Sequence record: SRR20825019_2882
DNA: 42,176 nt
Reading direction: 5' to 3' (one strand)
Below are positions 1 through 11,212 of this stretch, in pieces. The notes below the pieces were generated by a model, which was given only the letters and a program-made list of their open reading frames with translations, had not been told where the DNA came from and searched no databases. Both the position numbers and the translations under genes were made by a program. Within the stretch, counting starts at the first letter, position 1. The number at the start of each line of letters is the position of its first letter.

Positions 1-27
1 CAACAACAACAACAACAACAACAACAA
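1..27. repeat. (CAA)9 microsatellite, truncated by the window edge, downstream of the cyclophilin stop
   Basis: Sequence starts caacaacaac... for 27 nt. Confidence 0.9.
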
Positions 28-72
28 AAATAATAATTTTGTGTGAATGTAAAAGTTTACTCGACAACCAGT

Positions 73-643
73 TTAGAGCTGGCCGCAGTCAGCGACGACA
101 ACGGGGGCCTTGGTGGCACCGGAGGAAGAGCCGTAGGACTCGACCTTCTTGACGACGTCCATACCCTCAACAACGCAGCCGAACACGACGTGCTTGCCGT
201 CGAGCCAGTCGGTCTTCACGGTGGTCAAGAAGAACTGGGAGCCGTTGGTGTTGGGGCCAGCGTTAGCCATGGAGAGAACTCCGGGCTTGTCGTGCTTGAG
301 GATGAAGTTCTCATCAGCGAACTTCTCGCCATAGATGGACTCACCACCGGTACCGTTTCCGCGGGTGAAGTCACCACCCTGGCACATGAAGTTGGGAATG
401 ACACGGTGGAAGGTGGAGCCCTTGAAGTGAAGAGGCTTGCCGGACTTGCCGGTACCCTTCTCACCAGTGCAGAGGCAGCGGAAGTTCTCGGCAGTCTGAA
501 CGTGGACTCAGCAACTGGTCTGGGACAAACATAATTGCAAATTAAATTACCTTGGGGACCTTGTCGGCGAAGAGCTCCATGACGATACGGCCGATGGAGC
601 CACCGTTGACGTGGATGTCGAAGTAAACACGAGGGTTGGCCAT
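73..643 (-). CDS. Cyclophilin A-type peptidyl-prolyl cis-trans isomerase, 171 aa; exons 643-551 and 495-73
   Basis: [10 protein letters not shown]...[23 protein letters not shown]...[19 protein letters not shown]...[15 protein letters not shown]...[15 protein letters not shown] intron at 496-550 (55 nt) restores the frame. TATA-like tatataa at ~678-684. Confidence 0.97.
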
Positions 644-1505
644 TGTGATATGATTTTGATAACTACTTTTGGCGCCCTATATAAGTAGAGCCATGGCGAG
701 ACATGACTACGAAAATAAGGGAATATCCAGATTGAGAGAAGGGGTTGGTGACGCAGTGCCCCAGCGTGAATCCCTCTGGTTCTCAGTCTGGCAAGCCTTC
801 GGTCGACCTTGAACGATGATGCACCACGCAGCCATGCAACGCCTTACAGAGTGTGTGAGCAACTGACACTTCCCTCGAACACAGAGTCGAACAACGGCTT
901 TCGTTCTCGAAACGTCGTCAGCCGGGGGCGGGGTCACGTCCGTGCCCCAATGCGGTGTCAGGAGAGAGTGCCCAACAACCATCCCACGACGGCTTGAAGT
1001 GAGTCGGTCAAAATTGAGGGCTCGAACATCATCATGTCGACCTTGTTGTCAGTTCAACTTGAGGGTGTGTGGGAAGGATTGTGATGCGTCCTTTATCCCC
1101 TCGGGGAATTTGAAGACTCCAAACATCGGGCCCATTTGGCTTCCGAGTCCGAGTCCATGATTGGTTCACCGGCCGGACCGGCCGGTGAGCGGACCACGCC
1201 GGGCTGCAGGCCCACTGAGTGTGGCCGTGGTTCACCCCGGGTCCCGTCCATCGATTCGTGTGGTTTCCCTTGCTTGAGAAGCGTGATGCAAACTGAGTGA
1301 GCCCAGCGGCCATTCCGCTCAATGTGGGGGGTGGAGGTGGGTGTGGGGGTGTGGCGCGAACATTCTAGTTCACTCACTGCTAGTTTTGTGGACATACTGA
1401 GTCGCGCGCACGCGGCGATGGTTCACTTGACGTTTTGCAAAAAGCTTTTTGTGTTTAACTTGAAAATAACGTCAATTAGCACGTAAACTTTTTGACGAAC
1501 TCAGC

Positions 1506-3180
1506 ATGGTGGTTCAAGAGATAACTAGCGAGGCTGAGTTTCGCACCTTGATATCAGGACCCGCTGTTGTATTTGTTGACTTCTATGCAACGGTAAGTGA
1601 CGAACTTGTTGCGACGAAGGAGTACTGACAGAGTAAATGATGCAGTGGTGCCCCCCATGGTATTTGTCGAGAGTCCTGTTTCTATTAAGTTGAGAGTGTC
1701 CTTACAGTGTGTGTGTAGCCGTGCCATTGGCCCCTATTTTGAGGAGTTCAGCAAGAAGCATTCTACCAAAGGGAAGTTTGTTCGGGTGGATGTAGACAAA
1801 GTCAAATCGTTGCAGTTGTGGGCTGGTGTCACTGCTATGCCCACCTTCCAAGCCTACTCAGGGAGCAGGAAGGTAATCATCTTTCGACCACTTACGAAAG
1901 GAATCTAAGACTTATTCTTCTTGCCGTAGATTGATGAGATGGTCGGAGCTCATAATGCCGATTTGGAGAAGTTTATTCTTAAGAATGGAAAAGTGGATCT
2001 TGGACCTGGGTATACTCTGGGCGGAGGGCCTGTCGGCGAGGCCCCAGCTTCCTCCACTCAAGTTGACACACCAATGGAAGAGGCGGGCGATGCGGAGTTG
2101 CAGCAAGCCATTGCCATGTCATTGTCACAAGAAAAGGAACAAGCGGCCAAGCCTAATATAGTTTGCGATGGCGACTCATGTAGTATCACACCCAGGGAGA
2201 CACCCGCTGCCCAACCATCCAATGCATCAGGAAAGAAGCTCCCAGATGTTAATGCCAACTTCCTGCAGCAGATTAAGGACATGGGAATCCCCGAGGTGCG
2301 AGCATACAAAGGATTGCTCTTCACCCAGAATGCTTCCGTTCAGCATGCTTTGAACTGGATTATGGAACATGAGTCAGACCCTGACATTGATGAAGAACTT
2401 ATGGTGGTGGATGGTCCGGGAGAGGGCGGGGCTACCCCGGCCCAGCCGGAGTCTAATCTAACGCCAGAAGAAGCAAAGGCCAAGGCCAAGGAACTTGTTA
2501 AGAGGGCAAGAGAAAAGAGGGAAAAAGAGGAGAAAGAGGCTGAACGTGAACGTGAGATGATGATGCGGAAAGGAGGAAAGGATCTTACTGAAATCAAGCG
2601 CAAGCACGAAGAAAAGGAACTGGAAGATATCCAAAAGCTGCGAAAGGAAGAAAAGCGTCGCGAGGCGGAAGAGAAGAAGCGCATGAGGGCTCTCCTTGAG
2701 CAAGACAAACTTCAGCGTCGCGTTGAGCGGGAAAATAGAGAGAGGGCAGCTAAGAACCTCCCGCCCCTGAACTCAGATGAAATTGAAGAGATTCGGCAGG
2801 CAATGTTCCCAGCGAATGCTAAGCCAGCTGCATCAAAGCCGGCCCCAGCTGCTACCCCAGCCGCTGCCGCGGCTCCAGCACGCCAAGTTCCTGCTAAGAG
2901 AGCTGCCCCGGCGGCCGCGGCCGCCCCTGTTCCCAACGCGACCCAGTGTGTTTTGCAGGTCCGCTTGTCCAATGGTAGTGCCATCATGGAGACCGTGACG
3001 CCCACCACAACAATTCGTGAGGTTGTGGATATAGTGACTAGCAAGCGCACGGATGGATCCGCACCCTTCAAGTTGATGACGCCATTCCCGCGAAAAGTTT
3101 ATGGCGATGCTGAACTTGACAGGACTGTATCGGAGGAAGGTTTGGTCCCACGGTCAGTTTTGCAGCTGGTCAACGCATAG
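1506..3180 (+). CDS. Thioredoxin (WCPPC) + UIM + UBA + coiled coil + UBX protein (UBXN1/SAKS1-like C-terminal part); exons 1506-1592, 1646-1659, 1719-1872, 1930-3180
   Basis: Trx fold: VFVDFYAT|WCPPC|RAIGPYF...VDVDK...VTAMPTF. UIM-like: DAELQQAIAMSL. UBA: LQQIKDMGIPEVRAYKGL...ALNWIMEH. E/K/R-rich coil, then UBX: LQVRLSNGS...TPFPRKVY...GLVPRSVL. All three introns are GT-AG and keep the frame. Confidence 0.9.
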
Positions 3181-3225
3181 AGGAATAAAGAGCACAGCCA
3201 CTGCAGAGCGACTTTTGAAGAGTTT

Positions 3226-5507
3226 TCATAAGTATTTCTCTGCGATCGTTGTGAGAAATTCGTGGAACTCATTCTCAAAGATGAGCCTCTTGAGGATGGT
3301 AGTTGCTTCACCCAGTCTCCCTTCCCCTGGCCCACCAAGTTGCGCGACCTCATCAACGATCATGTCATCCAAGAGTTGTCTATCTATGTCCGCACCACTG
3401 TCAAGTTTGCAGGAATGTGCCATCCAGTACCACAATTGAGCACGGGCAATTTCCGCGGTCGCTAGAGTACCTAGTCAGGATTATCGGCATACTCAGAATC
3501 TTCTAGCAAACGTACCTGTCTCCTCCATCATTCCGTTTATCGCAACACATCCCCTCCCGTATATCCAGTTCTCGAGATATTGCAAAAGCACTGAAATGTT
3601 CCCACGCAGCCCTGCCTCAGTTATCTTTCCACCACTAATGGACACATTCACTGTAAAAGATGTAAGTCAAGGTGCTGTTGTTCATAATTAAGTGGGTTAA
3701 CGCACAAAGGTCCGATTCCTTGATATCGACTGATATTGCCTTGTCCTTTTGATGGTCTTTCCCGTCCATTGCTTTCGAGAATATATCCATTACCAACGCA
3801 ACCAGCGCTGGGTGAGCAACCCATGTTCCATCAAAGCCGTCGTTCCCCTCGCGCCCTTTGTCTTCCACGACCATTCTAATTGCAATCTCATTCTTGTGTA
3901 CATCTCTACGGTTGGGAATGTAGGCGCTCATCCCCCCAATAGCATGCGCCCCCCTTTTATGACATGTTTTCACCAAAAGCTATAACAATGTTAGTATCGC
4001 CCACAAGAAGGTTCAAGTTCATGACGCACTCTTGCAAAGGCTCGTAGGAAAGGTGCTTCCATTGTGATTTGATGGCGGTCTGGTAAGAGCCATTCCTTGT
4101 GCTTTTGGTTTCTCTTAATCGAACTGAATATGTAGTCCCAGCGACCCGCGTTTAACTGATTCAAGCATTAGCAATGATATGATCGATGGTCTCGGATGCT
4201 CACCGCAGTGACGTGTTCTTTCAATTCATACAATATTTCTTCCATTTCGAATGCTTTCAGTATACGTCAGCTCTAACGAGTAAATCCATCATTCGCGGCT
4301 TACCAGCTGGTAAAGTTTCAATTAACACACTTGCCCGTATCGTGCCGTGCTGAAGCTGCGCAAAACGAGTCACAAAATGCCCAACGGCAGCAAATCCAAC
4401 CATACTCCCATCCGTTCTTGAGAGAAAATGAAGACGTTGTTCCAGAACCTAGCCTCTTGATGTGATTCTAGCTGCATAATGATTTCAGAACCTCTCCTCC
4501 CGCCATACTGAAAACGGTTAAGGTTTTCATTACCTTAGGCAGGTAGAAGTACGGGCCTGTCTCGTTATCAAGGAGTTCCTGAGAGTTCAGATAAAAGAAG
4601 ATTCCTTCATGATACTCAGTGTGATTGCCATAGTTATCGCGCCAAATCTTACCGAAATCGAAAAGACTGGCTGAAATAGCCTGCCCTGATATCCTATAGT
4701 GTGATTCTTCCATATGCAACCCACGCGGTCGCATCATTAGCACAGCTCCATGCCTAGGCTGCCTCTTCGTTTCGCCGTTAATTTCGGCACTTAACTGAGA
4801 AAAGGGCACGGGTGAGGTTCTAGTTGGCAGCCTGGATCCAATGATCTATTCTCTTACCACCCCTCGAACCGCGTCGTACAGATTGATTTGTGCAGTGACA
4901 ACGTTTGCCCACGTGGGTGCCAGCGAATCTTCAAGGTCCGCCATATAAACATTGGCTCCCTTTGCACCAATCAGATTTTTGTAGCGCGGACTCATGTCTA
5001 CAGGTCAACTTACACTGCCAAGCGCGTTTATCATCATCCGTCTATCGGGAGGGCCTGTATGTTTCACACAGTGTAAGCAACTGCAGGATTGATGGATAGG
5101 CAGACCCACCGGTGATTTCAACCCATCTTTTTGACAGTTCTGAAGGGCACCCCGCAATACTCCAGTCTCCCTTCCTGATGTCCGACGTCTGAGCAGTCGA
5201 ACGTCAACAGACGTCGTTCCGGTGCGCATATATCGTACCTCTTCAATGAACTGAAGTGAGTTACCCGTGTCAAGATGTGTTTGGCGCTCAGTCCTCAACT
5301 TCAGCAGTCTCCTTCTCTCGCCTTCAAAGTTGTGGTGCAGCTCCGCAACAAATGCCAAGGCCTAACCCAAGTGTTAAAGAGAGATTCCAGACGGCCCCAG
5401 TAACATACCTCTGGAGTCAAGACATCTTCTGCTCTATCAACTACTCCTTGCAAACTGTCGACTTGAACATCGTCGTGGACAGCACCAGTTCTGATGCAGT
5501 TTCCCAT
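3226..5507 (-). CDS. Malate synthase A-type, multi-exon
   Basis: Motifs [69 protein letters not shown] and [11 protein letters not shown], spread over more than 10 short exons. Confidence 0.93.
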
Positions 5508-5659
5508 TGTCCCCTAATTTTCTTGTTTAAGAAAAACGAATTAGTATTATATGGAGTCAAAGCCCAGCGTCGAGTGGCTCTGTGCCGGTATGATCAAGGC
5601 CTAAGAACGCAGTTGTGACGACTTGAAGGGTGTACGCCTCGCGGTTTGGCATCTGGAGT

Positions 5660-6530
5660 GCTTAGAGATGTCCCTTGGCGGGCGTGGCTGGTGCCGGTGT
5701 GGGACCCACTGTCCGGACGCTGGGACGGCCGGCGAGAGGGGCGCTCTCCCAGCCCATCACCACGGACTTGCCCCGGCGGGCCGGCCCCCGGGGCCGCTCC
5801 GCCGAGCAACCGGCAACCAGTAAGGCAGCCAAGTGATCAAGTGGAGAACAGCGCGCATCCAGGGCCCCTCAAAGAAGCATCTTTCTTAATCAATTGCTTT
5901 GTATCATATTAGTTCTAAGTGGCCGCATCAACAAAGATACCGTCCTAACCTGAACCGGCTGGTGTCACCCGGCACCAGCGGCCGGGCGGGCCCCCCGGTC
6001 ACGCGCCGCGCCTCACACCACTGTGCCGGCTGGCCGACGGCTCACCGGCCGGCCGGGCGTGGGGGCCGGCCGGCTCGTGGGTCGTCCGGGCCGCGTCAGC
6101 AGTGGAGATGATCAAGTTGCATCGGGCAAGCCGAGCCCCCGGCCGCGGCGATTGCCGCTGCGTGCCAGTCGCCCCCCCGGCCGGGGCCGGCGGCATGCCA
6201 CTGGCCCGGTGCGCTGCGACGCCGTGCGGCGCCGGCTGCCGGCCCGCCGGCCAAACCGGGGCGGGGCGCCGCGGCTCGCGGCACTGGGCGCCGCCCGCCG
6301 GCCCGGCCCGGCCCGATCCCTTGGTTGCCGTCCGGGTCTGCCGCCCGGCTACCGGTCGGCACACGCGACCCGTAGTGCAGCGGTCATTGATCACTGCCTG
6401 GCCCGCCGCCGTGAGCTGAGACCAGCCCGCCCGAGCCGGGGACGGCCACTGGCGCAAGGCTGTGGGGTAGCCCGGTGTGCGAGGCCAAAAGGTCGCTGTG
6501 GCCTTGCGGCAATTGGTGATGGACCATTTT
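5660..6530. promoter_or_regulatory. GC/CpG-rich island in the divergent intergenic region between malate synthase and PFK-2
   Basis: Visibly far more GC-rich than the flanking exons, dense in ccggcc/ggccgg. It yields only low-complexity G/P/A/R ORFs and lies between two 5' ends. TATA-like tatatat at ~6665. Confidence 0.6.
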
Positions 6531-6705
6531 GGAGACCTGGTGAGGGTAGTGGTGGGGGTGTGGCCTTGGGTGGGCCATGCTGTGTGCCGTTTGCCGAGCC
6601 ATTCCCTAGCGCCCGACCACAAGCGACGCGTTTGCCGGCAACCTTTGAGTCACGGCCAGGAGGGTATATATATGTCACCATATCTTCTTTCCATTTGGCC
6701 GAGGC

Positions 6706-8383
<1,678 letters not shown>

Positions 8384-9091
8384 GGACAATAAATATAAAT
8401 ACTTTGAATGGGGATATAGAAAACGAAAATCTATCTATTTATAGAATGATGGGTTAGGGAACCGTAGTGGGGGTTAATCATGTATGTAGTCTAACCGTGA
8501 AATCTCATTCATGAATTTGATTGTTCATGCCCCGCTTTTCTGTCACACTGACCATTCGTTGAAAGGAATGACCAGATTGCCAACGCCTAGCCAGGGATCA
8601 CCCAACACAATTTGAACTTCACAAGGTGTTGGTGGTGTGTGGATGATTTGATCCCCGTGTCTCACACAACGTCTACTTGCGTCGGCGGCGGGCCCAACGT
8701 GGCCGCTGCTGGCCATGGCAGGCCTCAGCCGCTACCTGAGTGCCACTAGCCGGTCCGCCGGGCACGCACCATCGCTGCTGAGACCGCTGCGGCTGCACTA
8801 ACTAATGCATGGTGCACCGGAGGCTGGACGTAAGCCGGGCTACCCTCTGCCGGCCTCCTCTGCCCACTAGGTGTCCACTCGCAGAGCCGCAGGCTCCAAA
8901 ACGATGTCCCACGCCTGTCCAAAGGCACCTCCTCCGCATGGAAAGCACGTGGTTCTTGCTTGCCCTTTCCTTTCATGCGGGTGGAATGAAAGGGACGCCT
9001 GGTGGCATAGTCGTCCTGCGTCCACACTTTAGATATGCAACTGGTAAGAATGAACTCTTACTTGTGCACAGGGGTTGCTTTCCTATCAACC

Positions 9092-9766
9092 ATGGGAAAG
9101 AATCAGGTTGCCGATGAGCAGACAGCTATGGCTGGGGCTGGAGGTGGAAAGCCCCTCCAGGAAAAGCTGAATGACTTGAAGCTAACTGAAGTTTGGTTGG
9201 ACGCTGAGGTGAACGACGGGGATTGGAAGTATAACGAAGAGTGTGAAAAAATCGAAGGTGATATTTGGAAGCCAGCACTTTATGATCAAATTGCTTTGAT
9301 TGTTCCGCGGTATCCTTTGTACAAAGTGGAAAATGAAGAGCGCGACACCTCCACAGCCATTCACCGGATGACTCACGACTGGACTCGCTGGGTACAACTG
9401 TTTTTCAACTGGCTGAATATCACCGCATACCCCTTTGCTGCTTTCCTTAAGGAGTTCATTCGATTCCTCGGCTATATTCTTTACTATTTCTGGGTCATTC
9501 CCACCCGATTTGTCGGAGTAATGATTCTGCAGCCGTTCCTTGATGGCATTTACAGATTATTGAGACCTTGCTATATTTTTGGAAATGTTCTCACGAAACC
9601 GCTTGTGGTTTTGTTGAAGGATTCTTCATCTGCACTGTATCCTGCATGTGCTGGTTATACGACAATGAGGAGCGGAGGTGACACCAAGAAGCAAGAATCA
9701 GCACTGGGCAAGAACAAGCTCTACATCATCCTGTTCGTATTCGTGCTTCTTCTGTTCATGAGATAA
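9092..9766 (+). CDS. Intronless hypothetical membrane protein (~224 aa) with a long amphipathic Pro-punctuated segment and a C-terminal hydrophobic anchor
   Basis: Long ORF of normal composition, good start context (caaccATGg), preceded by a GC-rich patch. C-terminus LYIILFVFVLLLFMR. Confidence 0.7.
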   Translation: MGKNQVADEQTAMAGAGGGKPLQEKLNDLKLTEVWLDAEVNDGDWKYNEECEKIEGDIWKPALYDQIALIVPRYPLYKVENEERDTSTAIHRMTHDWTRWVQLFFNWLNITAYPFAAFLKEFIRFLGYILYYFWVIPTRFVGVMILQPFLDGIYRLLRPCYIFGNVLTKPLVVLLKDSSSALYPACAGYTTMRSGGDTKKQESALGKNKLYIILFVFVLLLFMR

Positions 9767-10249
9767 GTTTTAGTTCTTTAAACACTGTATACGTATTACA
9801 TCACGGTTTGTGGCGGTTCTGGTGATGTCCCAGAAAGGTAGCGAAAGAGAGGTTGCCTTTTTTCATTTCGTATTTGTATCTGCCTTGTTGACGTGCTCAC
9901 ACTCATGGTCTGGGTGGCGGGTGCATCAGTGAAGCGCATTTCTGTACATGCAAACCTCCAAAATTGATTGGTATTCCAACCACGAGGTTGCGGGCGTCAT
10001 GCGGGCTCAATGGTCTTTATTTGTTGAACCCTAAAGTTCAGTCCTTGGGTCGCTCACGCGATGTATTGCCACTGGTCGCCTTTCACTATGTAGTTGTCAG
10101 CACCACTATAGATTTCCGTTCCAAATGGAAGCCTCCACGTTGTGCCCTGAGGACTCGGTCATATGGATGGGCACGTAGGAGCACGTCACGCCAGACTCAC
10201 GAAGACTAGTCAGATTCACTGAGGTGTACCTCTCTAGTCTATAGCACCG

Positions 10250-10980
10250 GCTGCCGGTTGAGTTGGCCTTTACGACTATCCCCGGGCCCGGCCGCGGGTG
10301 CTATGAGGGGCCGGCGGCAGGGGCGTCCATGCCGGTGGCATGCGCCGCCCGCGGAGATGAGCGTCGTCCCGTGGCAGGCCATGATGATGATCACATACCA
10401 GTAAGTGACGAACGAAGTCGTGATCGGGTGTGACCAACTGACGGTTACTCTGGTTATCCACGATGAATGTCAGCAGGCGGCGCCGTGGTGCGTGATCATC
10501 GTCGCAACGATCGCGGCGCCAACTTTCCCCCTGAGCCCCGGCGCCGGCCGGGCGGCGCCCAGGCGGGGAGGTGGTGACCGGCGGGGGGCGGCCGGGTCAG
10601 CGTGCCAAGTGGGGCGCGGCAGCCGCTGCGGCTGGGCCGGGCCCGCCCGGGCGGGCCGTTGCGCCCCCGGCCGGCCGGGCGCCGGCCTGGCCCGCCGAGG
10701 CGTTGCATCGAGCCGGAGTCCCGCACGGCAGGCGGGCCGGGCCCGCCTGCATGCCGGGGCCGAGCGCGGGCGCCGCTCACCGTGGTGGCGGGGGCTTGGA
10801 CCCTTTGGGCTGCCGGGCGCGTCGGGTCAGCTGGCGCGGGGCGTTCGTGCCGGGAGACCCCGCCCAAATCGGGCCCGCGCGGGGGCTAGAGGTCGGCACT
10901 CAGCTGGAGCCGAGCGACAAGCCGCAGATCGCCGCAGGTCGCGCCTGCCCCGAGGCCGGCACTTGGCCGCGTAACTGAAG
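10250..10980. promoter_or_regulatory. GC/CpG-rich island upstream of the repeat-protein gene
   Basis: Extremely GC-rich and ggccgg-dense. Followed by TATAAAT at 11184. Confidence 0.55.
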
Positions 10981-11212
10981 GTGCTCTGCGTAGGCGGTGC
11001 CACTATGACCGGTCACTCGGAGGAAGTTCTACTGGGCGATCGCAATGCTCTGCCAGGCGGTGGCCTGTGCGTGACGCACGATGTGCGACTGATTATACCA
11101 AGCGGCTGGCGCTAAACTGAGCGCTCTCTGTCACTTAAAGCACTGGCCGGGGCAGCCGCTGCGTGAGCGGTGCTGCTCATTCCTATAAATATTTATCCGC
11201 CACACCCCCCAG

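Noticed and set aside
43-534. 163-aa plus-strand ORF overlapping the cyclophilin gene
   Set aside because: It is the antisense shadow of a strongly codon-biased gene, and the minus strand carries all the cyclophilin motifs.
810-870. Possible C/D snoRNA (atgatg...ctga)
   Set aside because: Imperfect C box, no terminal stem and no recognisable rRNA guide. I also recognised no tRNA, rRNA, CRISPR array or transposase anywhere in the window.
1324-1354. G-rich tract as a possible G-quadruplex upstream of the Trx-UBX gene
   Set aside because: Only three runs of at least 3 G, so the canonical four-run pattern is not met.
1593-1718. Apparent missing CxxC or possible selenocysteine in the thioredoxin
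   Set aside because: Resolved by the 14-nt microexon giving WCPPC, so no in-frame TGA is needed.
8451-8459. gggttaggg telomere-like word (and aaccctaaa at ~10027)
   Set aside because: Single isolated units, expected by chance. There is no array.
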